A DNA stretch of 63,970 nt, filler included, from Klebsormidium nitens (Eukaryota > Plantae > Klebsormidiophyceae), in NCBI GenBank assembly GCA_000708835.1. It is 6 parts of 6 records of this genome, joined end to end, with 100 filler letters (N's around TTAATTAATTAA, not from the genome) between each part and the next. Parts side by side here need not be neighbours in the genome. Positions count along the whole stretch, not along the records: positions 1 to 31,392 come from DF237759.1; 5 more parts are not named here. One strand, written 5' to 3'. The notes beneath the pieces are model-generated. The model saw nothing but the letters and a program-made list of their open reading frames with translations. It was not told the DNA's origin and searched no databases. A program made the position numbers and the translations under genes. This document shows, piece after piece, positions 1 to 13,000 of this stretch; positions within the stretch are counted from its first letter, which is position 1; each line of letters opens with the position of its first letter.

Positions 1-623
1 GGGGCCGCTTGCTTTCGACTTTGCTCATCGTTTGACTTCGTTGGTGCTCGGGTGCAAAGATGAGCAGGATGGCTGAGTCAGATCCAAGTCAGATGTGTGG
101 CCAGGCAAAATTTCCGAACACTAGGAATTTTAATCTCTGGGGGATTCAGAAAGCCTTGCCGCCTGGCCGCCTTACCTACTTACGGGTTTGCGACCGAAAT
201 AGGGGCATTTCTCGACCAAGTGGTACAGCAAGCTGAGAGGCTTGCCGCCTTACCACCTTACGGGTTTGTGCGAACATTGTATAGGCCCTTTATCGGCCGA
301 TTTATCCCGATGAATTAATTTAGGCTTCAATCCGCTGTGTAACATGCGATATTCGACGAGTGAACGGTCTACATATGCAGCCGGTTGGAGCGTAAGTATC
401 GAAAGCATTACAGTATCTATGAATTTTCGAGCATGTAAGTGCAAGAGAGGGGGCCATAATGAGAAAACGGTCCTTAGTTGCCACTGTTTTTTGCTCCAAC
501 CTGGCAAACCTTGGAAAGATCACGGGCAATGTTCTCTGTCCCATGACATGCAGAGCACCGTTTCTCGGTAACTTCCATTTTGGGTCCGACCGTCGGAACT
601 AGAGGGCTGGCTGGAGCTTCTGT

Positions 624-830
624 GCCACGTGGAAGCACGTGGCGGGGCGGACCGGCAAACTGCCCGCCGGTAGCCAAAAACCGGCAGCCGGCGGCACTGT
701 CGCAACCGCATTTGCAATTCGACGGCACAACCGGGTCATTGGCTGCGGACCGCACGTCCCTCGGCCCGGGGGGGACACGTGTCACCAATCGGGCGGTCAG
801 AATTAAGGCCGAAGTTCGTTTGGTTTGCTG
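624..830. promoter_or_regulatory. Promoter-like cluster: paired G-boxes GCCACGTG-GAAG-CACGTGGC (624-643), GACACGTGTC (774-783), CCAAT (785-789) and a 27-nt motif also found upstream of REV3
   Basis: Motifs read directly. G-box/ABRE (CACGTG, ACGTGGC) is an established plant bZIP/bHLH site. The associated gene was not identified. Confidence 0.4.
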
Positions 831-1317
831 CAGAATCATGAATATTTATGCAAAAATAGAGTTTCAGAAAATTTCGATCGTTTGACAAATTGTTTAAGCG
901 CCCACACTGCAGGCTTCAGCATTCTGCCCCAGGCTGGCCAGGCCCCACAATTTACAAGTTCTTGAGCAACGAAGTGCAAATTGCTGCAGATACAGAAACT
1001 GGGAAGGTTAGAACACACGACTTTCTAACTCTTTCGTGAACATTGGGATTCTTAGTGAGATTGGGTGAGTCGGAGCAAGTGGGCGCAGGTAGCCGCAGGT
1101 GTGCGCCAGAAGTTGAGTTTGTCAAGCCGCATTAAAGGTCTGGACTGGTTTCTTGGTTCTACATCTTGCTCTTGGTTCTATATCTGGTTCTTGAAAGTCT
1201 CCGGGGCATAATCTCCGTAGTAGGGGATCATAGAAGGCAGCAGGCAGGAACCTAAGAGCTGAGAGTTGACCAGGCTCCAGGGACATGAGGGAACCTGTGG
1301 AGCTGGTCCTGGTTTCC

Positions 1318-1366
1318 TGGCGGGTTCTTGTCCCAACGTTGGCGGGTTCTTGTCCCAACGTTGGCG
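1318..1366. repeat. 22-bp tandem repeat, two perfect units plus a partial unit
   Basis: TGGCGGGTTCTTGTCCCAACGT at 1318-1339 and 1340-1361, then TGGCG. Confidence 0.9.
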
Positions 1367-3700
1367 TGTAGAGTGAAGCGGGTGGAAAGCAATATTGTAC
1401 CACAAGGGTCTACACTCGGGTGCAGGTGAATTAACTTTCAATCAACGTATCCAAACTGTTGAGCTTGCACCCTGTTCTATGGAACCTTTCTTTGTCTCCT
1501 TTATGCCGAAAGCACAGTAGGTGCCCTTTCAAGTTGCACATTAAAACAATTCTGACTTCAATGACGTTGCTGCTTTCGGCGGCATGTCTCTGGCAAGCCC
1601 GATTCAGGGGGGAAGTATCCCGATGTCAGTCAAAGGAGCGCGGGTCATTTAATCTCTACTCCACTTGGAACAGACAATAGTTGGAGTCCTTTTGCACGTC
1701 TGGTGCCCCAACGGTCTCACAACTAACAGAAACCCTAACACTGGGAAGCCCCAGGCTTGCTGAAACTAAGTTCCAGGTGGAGTTCCTACTATAAGTCACC
1801 AGTCATGTCCACCTTCTATGACATATTGACCTTATTGTACGTAGTGGAAGCTACGTTGACCTTATTAAGCTGTAAGTTGACCTTATTAGCTTTGATTTGA
1901 CTTCAAAATGTTGTGCCGGTCACTAATGCACTTCAACAACTGCGTAAATGATATGAAGCCGACGTATGCTTTGCTGGGGTGGCGCTCACGTAGGGGGGAA
2001 TGCAGTTTGCTCCATTCAGCGTTTGCATCGCAGGGCCCGCAGCCAGCCTGGTCCTCAGTTCCCTTGTCGAGTTTCCAAGTCTTCTCATGCTTCCCTTGGG
2101 ATGATGCGTGACCTGCTCATTGCGCACGCAATTTTCTGGCCTGGTTACAGACAATCCGGATCCTGGAGAGGGCTGTTATCAATTTTCCTTTCTCTTTGTT
2201 CGTCGCGTCCCTCATATGATCAAAAAATTTTCACCACCTTACGCTCTTGCCCTGCACTAGATGACTCTCTGTCCTTCTGCCTAAGAATGCTTCAGCTTTT
2301 TGCTCACGCCCCGCAACCTCTTCTATTTTATGTTTTGTGATTATGTTGCATACCCATCTTTTTTCACCTTTGATCCACAGATTCATTAAAGGCGCTTCAA
2401 TTTTTCTGCTTCTTCCATTTTGCAAAACCTTGAAAAACCTCGACAAATTTTCAAAATATGTCTTCCTCTATTTGGAAGCATGCCAAGTTATCGCCTCATA
2501 TCCTGGGGACCTATGGCCAGCTTCTGGCGGGTGCCAGACTCCGTTTACTTGAAAGAAGCAGGGTTTTTGTCTCTGGGAAAGGGCCGCAGCTTGACGGTCC
2601 CATAAGACAGGATTCCACCTTATTTGGGGATGGCGGCCAGAACCGTCTTACCGGGGGCAAGTGCTGTGTTTGTTTCAAGCTGGGAGCCAGGAACTTGGAA
2701 GGCCATCTACTTTTAGAAGAGCAAAGAGGTCCTGGCGCTCAACGTACTGGCCACCTGTCGTTTTCCGGCCAGCCGCTAACCGGCAGGACAGAAAGGACCA
2801 GCCAACTTGGTTTCGCGGTGAGGCACCACTTTTCCGGTTTCGTGGTATCAGCGGCGCACTGAGGACCAGCTTGTTTTAATCGGACGGCGGGTTGTCTGGC
2901 GGCCTCCAAATTTTATCCGAGCTGACACTCTTTCCCGCTCACCAGTAGTACCATTGGCGCCCGAAGTCATCCCCAGCAAACCAAGGGACTCCCCTTGATC
3001 CCAAAAGAGGCGCCAGGGCGGAGGACAGGACTGTGGAACCGGGGTGTCAGCAACTCTCCCTCTTTGGCCGAGGAGCTGCTTGCGAGACCGGTGGCTCTGA
3101 CCCAGGTACGATCCTTTGGCTTGGGGCCCCAACAATTTGCGGCCAGGTATTTTGGGCGTGGCTGCTGAGGGAAGGGCACCGAGCCGTTTGTCCAAGCAAC
3201 ACGGGGTCCCTTGGCTGTTAAGCAACGGTCATATCTGGGTGGGCGGTCAGACTACCCGTTTTGAGAAGGCCACTGTCCAGTTTACTTTGAGAATTGCAGC
3301 CTGGTTGGGTGGTCGGTGGAATATTAACCAGCCAAGCGGCGAGCTTGTATATATTCTTCTGGGAGCCGGTTGTATCCCCGGCTGTGGCTGCCAGTCGGTT
3401 TGAAAGGTCCCTTCTAAGGGGAGGTGGACGCCTCACGCTCAGCGGCCAGCTGGAAAGTACGGCCTGCTTTCTTGTGGCTTGACTGGCGGAATATTTTTTC
3501 GAGTGGGCATATTATTGGTGCGGGGCACCTTTGCTGGCGGCTGGTGCTGACACATTTGCTGGACCTTCTGGGCGCAATTGTTGGGCGCTTTTGACCACTT
3601 CCTAGTGGCCGTCCGACTTGGCATATTTCTCGACCAGCTTTCTCACCGCCACCTCGGTCAATACACGGAGCGGACAGCTTTCTTCCGGGGTTCCTGTATC

Positions 3701-3888
3701 TAGATGGTCCGTTACCAGTCGTAGATGGTCCGTAGATGGTCCGTTACCAGTCGTTCCGCCCCAATATGTCGGACATGCAAGGAAGCGCCGGAAGACGGAA
3801 TCTGTGATTAACGCGCATTAAATGGTTTGCACGTTAACCCTAAAAATTCGGTCCTGGATCCCGGTCCTGGATCCTGGTCCTGGATTCA
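3701..3888. repeat. Two short tandem arrays: TAGATGGTCCG(TTACCAGTCG) units at 3701-3753 and 13-bp GGTCCTGGAT(C/T)NN x3 at 3850-3888
   Basis: Read directly. Confidence 0.85.
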
Positions 3889-6411
3889 GTATATCCCCCG
3901 GGAACTCACGTGAAGGAGAGACATTCACCATGCAGCGTTGTGTTCTGTGACCTGTCATTGATGCGCAGCGCAGCGGCATATGTAAGGTTATCGGACATTG
4001 AAGTCTGCTGGGGACACATCGCTTTTCTGAGGTTTCCTCCTGGTACGTATTAAGCTCTTCTAGGTATTCTACACAGGCGGTATTGACATCTGCACGATTG
4101 AGGGAGGGATGGCGAGCTCTTTTGGAGTGCTCCAATGCGGAAAGGCGACAGCATTTGGGAGCGTGCTCTCAAAAACCGGCACCCAAGGACGCAGGCCAGT
4201 GGCCGGGTCGACACGCGTCTTTGCTGCACAGTTCAGGTGCTGCAACGGTTCATCAGGGGCATCACCTTGTGTCCAGGAGATCAGGTCCTCCATTTGCCTC
4301 ATGCTGACGGTGGGCAAGGGACGAGCAATGGCAATGATGCTTGGTGGCACGCAGAAAGCTTGAGATGATATCAATGGCACTGGCAATGTTACAGGTTACA
4401 TTTAGACTATGGTGCTTTCCCCCTGCGCGCTCTGCATATTCTGCGGTCCTTGATATAACCACTTCATTTTAAGAAGAAGAGCTCGCCCGATTGCTACAAG
4501 ATGGTGGCTGGGTCTTTTCAGGCACCTTTCCTTAAGAGTGTCTGATTCTGCAGGAGGGCGCCACCTCCAAGGAGCGCCCTGGCATTCACCAAGTTCACGG
4601 GGTTGAGACAAACTGCAGGAGGTGAGCCTTGGCAGGCTGTGGCCCCAACACACTTCTCTCACTGCACCACTCACAGGGTGGGCCATACAGCTTCTCCCGA
4701 GCAGCTTGCCAGTCTTAGTGTCAACCAAATTAGACTAATTCAACTTAGTAAGAGACTCACTAGTCTCAACTGACTTTGCGACTGAAACCCGGCAGGTTGC
4801 TCAGAAGAAGCTGTATGCCCAACCCTAGTAAGGTCATGCAGTGCACGTGTGGTGTAGTGAGCCGAATTCTTGGCGCCACCAGTTTGCAAGTTGCCATCAC
4901 ATCAAGACTACTTGCCAATCTAAGCCTTTACCTGCTGGAACGTTGAGCCTGCGGCTTGTACGTCACAACGACAGCAGACTCCGCTTATTGCTCGGTCCAC
5001 TCAGCTGTCCAGAAGAGTAACGGTTTTTTGGGTGTGGGCCGTTTATGGGGTCCTCTCCTCCGCCGGTCTCGTGAATTCTGGATGGGAATTATCTTCTCAA
5101 TCGCAGGTATCGGGCGCGGCCACCAGGATCTGAATGTGTCACTCCAACAAGCTGTGCATAAGGCGGTGAAGACCTGGTAAGTCAGCGCTGGGCAGAGAGG
5201 CAGGCCCCAAAGATACTCAGCGTACCATATCTCTCCAAATGGGGTAGGCAAGAGAGCTTGGTGGTAGTCGGAGCCCAGTGCACGTTCTGCTCCATTGTGA
5301 AGCCAGGAGAGGAGTCATGTTCGGCTGTTCAGACGTGCTTGTGGAAGCTCCATGTATTTGATGCTGAGTTTGGCTAGGCTGCATCCTGTTGGACGGGTTT
5401 GAAAATCTATGTCGCAATCTAGGCTCTCACTTCTTTCAAGGGAGTTTCCATTCTACTCAATTGAATTGCTAAGCGACTAACGTGTTTCAGCTCAGATTCC
5501 TTTCTGGTGAGCAGGAATTGAGGACCTTGGGTAGTTGCATCCTTGCAGCGCTCCCGCTGCTCTGCGCATTCGTCAGAACTTTTGCACCTTTGTGGGGTTA
5601 TTGAGTTTGCATTCAAGCCCCAGTGCCACCTTCATTGCATGCGCAGTGAATGGTGCGCCTCAATAGTTGAGGCTCTCTCTGGTTCAAAAGCCAATGGTCG
5701 ATGGCATAAAGCAATGGCTAACAAAAAAATATCTTCTGCAGCACCCCAACTGGCGGCCTCGGCACGTACATGGAGATGGGCCCCTCTGATTCAACAACCA
5801 CCTTCCTTTCGCTACCAAGCATGATCCAGGTCTGCACTTTTTCTGGCACAGTCACGAGGACGCGCCTCTCTCGTTGCATTGATGTGAATCAAGTCAACGA
5901 TGTTTTAAAATAGAGGCAGCATCTCACACAAAGATCAGCCATTTGATCCAGGCATTGCAGAGATACATCATTTTTCCTTGAATTGAAGAAGTACAGATAT
6001 ATCGTTTGTTTCTTGAATGTTCTTCAATTTGGAGTGAAATTCAGAGTTCTTGACTTGAGTGCGTGAGGGGATAGGTGATACTAGAAATGAATTGGATGGA
6101 TGAAGGTATAGCTGATACAAGAGGCTTTGAAACGCCTTTGAGTTCAGGTCTATATCTGAGGCGTCTTTGTTCATTTGAGGCCCTTCTATCGTCTTCAAAC
6201 ATCGAAACTGTCCACCAGAAGTGGAACTTTTGTGGTACATTTGGTAGACAGATCTTGTCCTGCGGTGATCATGTAAGAGCTGGCACTTTTAATCCTTCTG
6301 TACAAGTTCATGACAACTGAAGTCTCAAATGGGTTTTTCTGCTCAGGGTTTAAGGGATATCACGCCATTCTGGTCTGGTTGATTTGTTTTGGGTCCCGGA
6401 AACGATGCCTA

Positions 6412-6489
6412 AGGCTAAGAGAAGGCTTCAACCAGGCCTAAGGTTAAAAGAAGGCCGAGGTCCTTAGGCTAAGAGAAGGCCTCAACCAG
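6412..6489. repeat. 24-bp direct repeat
   Basis: AGGCTAAGAGAAGGC(T/C)TCAACCAG at 6412-6435 and 6466-6489 (23/24 identical). Confidence 0.8.
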
Positions 6490-6591
6490 CCGGTGGCCAT
6501 TGATTGCGTGCTTGATATCAGTTTGTTTTGAATCGACCAGAATCACAAGTCGCATGCAAGGTCTTACAACCTTCAGCTACATATTTCGCAG

Positions 6592-7667
6592 GACTTCTTC
6601 AATCAGCAGCCTCTCATCCTCCCTGTTTGGTTCGTGCCTGCCGTTGTGTCCTTCAACCTGGCTTGGAGCATTCCCGGAGGCAGCGTCCTTGCCAAGGTGC
6701 GTTAAGTGTAACCGTCTTCTCTCATGCACCCCTCTTGTTCGGTGTGGGCAAGTCTGCGCATCTTGAAGTGGAACGTTTGAGCAACGTCTGATTCCTCTGT
6801 CCATGGTTGTTTAGGTACATATGCACCCTGCAACCTTTTCTTGCTTGTTGGGATTTCGCTCGCTGAAGTAAGAGACACAGTGTTGGATGTCAACGTTAGA
6901 AATGTGGCCCTTCATAAGACATAGAAAGGGGCCTCAGGTGCTCGATATTTCGACATTTGAAAATGTCTGCATAAGTGGATGTCTGTGGTGAACCTGCTCA
7001 ATAACTCTTTGGTGACCGTTGCAGCTGGCCACGGCTGTTGGGGGGGCCCTTTTGAGCGCCATCCTCAGCGTGTTGGTGAGCAAGAAGTTCAACCCGGATC
7101 CTGTTGAGGTGCTCAAGGAGCGGCTGACTCGGCTGGAGAAGAAGCAGGATCTGGAGAAGGATGTGTACAGTCAGGTACGGGACAGAAGCTAAGGCACGCA
7201 TGTTCCGGTTGTATCTTTTTGACAATCATCAGTTTTCTTCGTGACCTCGCTGAACCTGTATTTACATCAACGACCAGATCTGGAGGTTCTGTTGCCAAAG
7301 TCTGGAGTGAAAGCTGTGTTGCAAGCAAGGTCTGCCCAAAGCTACAACTTAGAGGCATGGAGGATGTGGGGCTAAATTCCTTGCCAAGTCTGAGATTCGT
7401 AGAGTTGAAAGAAGGCCTCTTCAGCAAGCATGCAGTGAGCAACTTCGAAGCTGCTGTTCAAGTGCCAGGTTTGAGTATGGTTTAGGTGAGAACGCATTCG
7501 GTCTTTGAAGGTCCATCATCGTGTTGTCTATTGTGCAGGTGTTCGAACTCATCTACAGTGACGCGAAGGCACGCGAGGAGCTGCTTTTCTTTTCAAAATT
7601 TAGCAAAGACGACGAGGAGTTCCGGTTAGCCTGTAAAGTCTTCGTGAGCAACAGGTCGAGTGACTAA
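6592..7667 (+). CDS. 3' part of a small spliced gene; hypothetical membrane protein (hydrophobic segment followed by a short coiled-coil)
   Basis: Three phase-0 GT-AG exons (6592-6696, 7025-7174, 7539-7667) join in frame: DFFNQQPLILPVWFVPAVVSFNLAWSIPGGSVLAK / LATAVGGALLSAILSVLVSKKFNPDPVEVLKERLTRLEKKQDLEKDVYSQ / VFELIYSDAK...NRSSD*. The start exon was not found. Confidence 0.65.
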
Positions 7668-8758
7668 CAAAGAGTGCACAATCACGGGAAAAAGACAGTG
7701 TCCGCTACATATATCTGTTCAATGATGGGGTGACATCTAAATGTGCTACGTTTTGTGCAAGTTTACCATAAGTTAGTGGAAGTGTACAATGAGCACGTGT
7801 ATAGTAGATCGTGGATTCGAACGGTAAACAAGCTTTCAAAATTTTATAGAAGTAGAATAGCAATTGCCATCTATTGATTGCATCCTAATCAAGAGTGCCA
7901 TCTTGACATGGCAAGTTTGTGCGTTTCTGTGTGAAGACCGTCGAGGACGACAACAAGACAAAATAATCATTAGAAATATCCGATGCCATTCGAGTAATGT
8001 ATACTTTGTCTTCCGCGGGTTTTTGAGATGCATTAACTATGATAGAATTACTATTAGACTGAAGTTGCGGACAGAAGTCGGCAATTGCTTGTCATTAGGA
8101 GATATGAGCTTCACCCACGCAAATTGCTGCACAGGAACAACCACAAGAAGGGAGGCCCGGGAGAGTAGCAATCAAACAGGATTGGCGCGCGAGTTTTGGC
8201 GCCAAAATTGAAGGCATGTTGCTCAAGTAAGCAGCGGCAGATATGGCGACAGATATGGAGCTGATGGCCCGCAAGGCGATATAGTATACTAACTAGGTGC
8301 GTAGGCACGACTTGAGAACCGGGTTCTCAGTCACATAGAAAAATGTGGGAAAAGCAAGGCATGCTTTCTTAATCTCTGCTCAGAGAATCACTAACTTCGA
8401 CCGAGAAGGATCCACGCATATATGCAATTCGTCAATGTCTTTACTACAATAGTCTACACGCCGAAACATTGGCCGACGCCCGATCATGCTTGTGCTGGCC
8501 GGTGCAATATATGTTTAACGTTATATATCATTGCACTTACCGTATTGTGCGGTGTGATACACTGCCGGCGGGCTAGCTTGAGTCAGTTCCGGCGGTCCGC
8601 CGAAACCCAACCGCAATTCACTGAAGAAAATTGTCGGCGCGCGATCGAACGGTCCGAAATCGACGCGTGGTCCGTATCGGACGGTCCCCCTGGGGCAGTC
8701 AGAACTCGCAAGGATTTTGTAAGCATAACAAACCTAATCGGCCGGCTACTGGTCTACT

Positions 8759-9303
8759 GGGCTTAATGGCCGAGCCCCCGTTATTCGACGTGGCAGTTTC
8801 CGACGGTCCCGATACCCAGTTCAATATTTCAACTTGAAACTCGGTACGACCGATACGCTGACGTGGCCCGTCAGGACTCCTAATTGACCCCGGAGTCCGA
8901 CTCAGGCGAGGAGTCTGAAATTTGTTTTGATCTACGGCGTACGGCGGTACAGTACCACAGTACTCGGTACTGTACCGCCGAGTGGATCGAACCCCAACTC
9001 CGAGTCTGCGGCGTTAGATTGAAGGTATCGACCGAGCCTTATGTCCAGGCTGGTCGTGATTGAGGTCATACCTTTAAGGTTCATTTAGAGCCTGGGTCGG
9101 AGGCTCGACTCGGACCGTCTTATTTATTGTCGACGGTCATAGCCTATGGATCGCAACTCACTGACAGTAGGTACCTAGGCTCGGCCTAGGCTTAAACACT
9201 TCAAATAATACCGCGGCACATTTTTTAGGCTCGATGCCGCCTGACCAATGCCGTGCCCGGGAATTGTGCCACGTCGGATAACGGGAGCGCGGCCATTAAG
9301 CCT
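8759..9303. mobile_element. MITE-like non-autonomous element (GG(G)C termini, PIF/Harbinger-like), nested inside a wider imperfect inverted-repeat structure (8695-9370)
   Basis: TIR 8760-8795 vs 9267-9302 is 33/36 identical. ACT flanks both ends (8756-8758, 9304-9306). Outer IR blocks are GCAGTCA, TCGCAAGGATTTT and CATAACAAA(C/T)CTAATC. There is an internal 15-bp perfect IR at 8942-8980. Confidence 0.7.
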
Positions 9304-10031
9304 ACTTCCCAGGATTAGATTTGTTATGTTGAAGTCGACAGACACTAAAATCCTTGCGAAAAATGACTGCAGTGCGGAGGTCCGACCCGCTCTTGCAGTG
9401 GCGGTGAACCAGTAGAGTAGCGCTTTGTTTTCTTAGCAAGTTCGTATATTCGGAATTTCTGATATAAGTGCGTGAAGCGGGGCCAGTTTTTGGGGGCGCC
9501 AGTCTGCGAGGTGGTCTTAATTTCACGCCGCGCGACTCGGGGCCGCGCCCATTGAAACATGAAAGGCCCGGGCGGCTGGCAGGCCCCTTGCAGTGCGTCG
9601 GCGTGACTCCGGCCGGGAGCGGCCGCGCTGGAAGCGGTAATGGTACGGTAATGGCTCAAGACCGGCAGGAGGTGGCGGTTCGGGATTTCGACGGCGATAA
9701 GTCTCGCTTTCGGCGAACCGCCGTGACCTCGGGCATGGGGGGCTGACGTGGCGCCAACTGACCGGTCCCGAGATAAGGCCGAGGTTCAGATGGTTTGCTG
9801 TATCTGTACACCACGCGCAGTGATCATGCAGATGTCGCAGATCGCTGTCCAGACATGGTCATTGCATGGTGGCGCCCAGCCTGCCCCTGTATAGCGCTAT
9901 CAACGTTCGTCATTTGATGGGGACTTGGTGGGGACGGGAGCGTCTGTCGCTCCAACCCGTGCAAGTAGGACTTACCAACCTCAGGCGCACCTCTCTGGTG
10001 CTGCTGAACCCATTTCCTAAGTAACCAGCAG

Positions 10032-13000
10032 ATGCAGGGCCGGGACGGAGCAGCATCTCCAGCTGGCGCCATGGCTGACAATGAAAGCGAGGATCACAGC
10101 ATTAGGGTTCCAGGCGGCAGCAGCCCAAGCGGGGCTGCTCCTGCTGCTGGCACTCTTACTGTGCGGCCCAGCTTCAGCGTCCGCCTGGTGACAATTGACT
10201 ACTACATGGCTCGGCCCCTGCAAGGCATGGACGTCTGCTACTCCCACTTCCAAGGTAAGCTGTGCAGCAATGACTGCGCCGGCAGGGACGCATTTGACGA
10301 ACCTGATGCGTTGACCCAGCTTTGTTTGAGAGGCTCAAGCAACCAGGAAAATTGTCAGGAGCTAGCACCACCATGATCAGTGTTCAGCACAGTAATGCTA
10401 GCCTTTCAATCTGTGGCAATCTGACTTGTTGGCTGCGGAGAGGCCTGGATGTTCATCAGACGGTGCTTGTTTGGACATGCAGGCACCGCAGTTGCCCAGG
10501 TTCCTGTTGTCCGCATTTTTGGCTCCACCCCTGGGGGCCAGAAGACCTGCTTGCACCTGCACCAGGCCTTCCCCTACTTCTACGTGCCCTATGAAGATAC
10601 CATGCCACAGGACCTCACAGAAGGTGGGGCAACTGCCAAACTGGCCCTCAACGCGTATCTTCAGTAGAATTGACCTCTTGGCAGTAGTCATTTATGCCCC
10701 TTCCACTGAACGGCCCTATGCGGATACTCGTTGCGCCCCGGCTTCAGACTGCCTTGATGAGAATTGGCTGAATATGCAGTCTCAGTCTCATCGGCTGTTG
10801 TGGGGCCCTATTAGCAGGTTGCCTTGCATGAACTTCCAAATGCAGCAGCTGCATCAGTGTTCCCTGTACAATTTAATGTGCGATGTATGAGTGGTGTGCC
10901 GTGTAAAGACGTCTCTGGATAAGTTTTTGGCAGTGGTCCATACTCACTGAGCCTCTTTGAAAGCAGCGCTGGCGCACGTGCGGCGCTTTGCAAGCGCGGT
11001 GGAGAGGGCGATGAAGCTGACGAGCAGCGTGAGCGCCAAGCGGCAGCACGTGCATGGGGCGAGCCTGGTGCGCGGCCGCGACATCTACGGCTACCACCCC
11101 GCGGAGCAGCTCTTCATCAAGGTCGTGCTCTACTACCCGCAGGAGGTCAACCGGGTTGCTACTATCCTTCAGGTGAGGGGCAGTCCACAACGATTACTGT
11201 TTGAGAATCTGGGGGTAGAGCCTTGTCAGATTCCTTGCCTATTCTCAGGGAGGTACGACAAATGTTGACCATCTTGGTAAGAGCCACTGATTTGTATCTC
11301 GTATGATTACAATCGATGAAGCACCAAACGTTTGGTGAGATCATGTTTTCGTGGGCAAATTGTTCTCACAGGGTCTCAGAACGATTCTGTACTTCGACGA
11401 AAACGCTTCCGCAAATTTCCTTTTTGACGAAAACGACTCTGCGGAGTCCCAAACACACTCAATCACTCTCTCACTCCTCCACTCTCCCACTCTCCACTCA
11501 TTCCATCGCAGGACCTTCAAAGCCCTTTTGAAAATCTGCTAGGTTGTGACAACATCGATCTCTTGTCTCCCTCATCCCTCTTCGTATGCAGAGTGGCGCG
11601 ATCCTGGGGCGGCGCTTCCAGGCATACGAGGCGCACATCCCATACCTGCTCCAGGTGATGGTGGACTACAACCTGGTGGGCATGGCGCACGTCCACTTCT
11701 CCCGCGCCCTCTTCCGTAGCCCCGTCCCCGCCCGTCGCGCCTCCCTAACTCGCCCCAGGTTCGGTAGGAGCGCCGAAACGCATGGGGGCGCCGAAGCACA
11801 GGGCAGCCCTGAAGCGCAGGGAGGCCCTGTTGAGGCGGACCTCACCGCGAGTGGCAGAAAGGCGGGCAGGAGGCGCCACCGGTACAGCTTAGACGGGGCC
11901 TCCATCAAGATCGAGTATGAGCAAGATGCGTCCGATGCGGACCGGAGTGGTCCAGTCGGGAGCCCGGCCAGTAGCCTCGAGGCGCACGAGAGAGAACGGC
12001 CTGTGTATGTTCAGGGGACGGTGGCTGCGGACTGGATCTGGGGGGCTGCAGGTGGGGTTAGCCAGGCGGGGGGGCAGTCACGTGTGCCCGTGAAGCAGAG
12101 CTGCTGCGAGCTGGAAGCGGATGCGGCAGTCGAAGGTAGGGATTCACAGCCTTGGGGTGTGGTTCTTCTGAAGTTCTGGTGGGCTGCGAAATCGTGACAA
12201 TAATTTGATGTTACTCAAATTAAGTATCCCGTCAAGCAGCATGAAGCTCTTTGCAAGGTTGTCAAATCTTCCTTCTGATTGCCCCCATCAGCAGTTGTCT
12301 GGTGTTACAGCCTCTGTCCTGCTGCGAGGTTGACTTACTCCGCGCCACTGATGCCGAAGCCTTATGCGGTGCAGACATTCTGAACCGCCAGGAGCTGCTC
12401 TCCGTGCCCCTGGAACAGGCACCCCCCGCAATGAAGCTCGTGCAATCCCTCATCCCAATCTGGGAGGACGAAACGCGCCGTTCCCTTGCCGCGGGGCGGC
12501 CTCCCCCCGCCACCCCAACCTCTGCTGACGACAGCCCCCGGGTCCCGCAGCCCCCAACTGATGTCGAGGTCCGGTTGCGGCGGGCGGTGTACAAGCTGGC
12601 AGAAGAAGAGGAGGCCTTGCTGGGGAAAAGGCACGATGCTAGCCCTGCTGAGGAAGAGCGGGGGGGCGCTGAACAGGGCCTCGGTCAGCTGGAAGCCGCA
12701 GGCACTCCTGGGTCAGGCGAGGGACGAGAAGGAGAGTCACAGGAGCCTTCACTGAAAGGGAGTGCGGAAGAGGGCGACCGACCAGGGCCGCAGAAGCTGC
12801 AGGTCGGAAAGGGCACGCAAGAAAGTCAGCCCGGGGAGCAACGGAGCCTTTCAGCCGGCCCCGCTTTGCCAGAATCGCCTGGGCCACCCACCCCAGTACC
12901 ACCGCCCGGGGCGTCCCCACTGCCTGGCCCGTCTCAACAAGCGCAGCGGTCTCCCTTCACGCCGGCAGGCGGGCTGGTGCGCGTGTTTGGGTCGCAGCCG

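Noticed and set aside
2337-6300. Patchy protein-like reading frames on the minus strand (e.g. KKPLLFWTAEWTEQ, RPWVPVFESTLPNAVAFPHW)
   Set aside because: Many stops and frameshifts and no recognisable domain. Probably a decayed gene or transposase, but no call can be supported.
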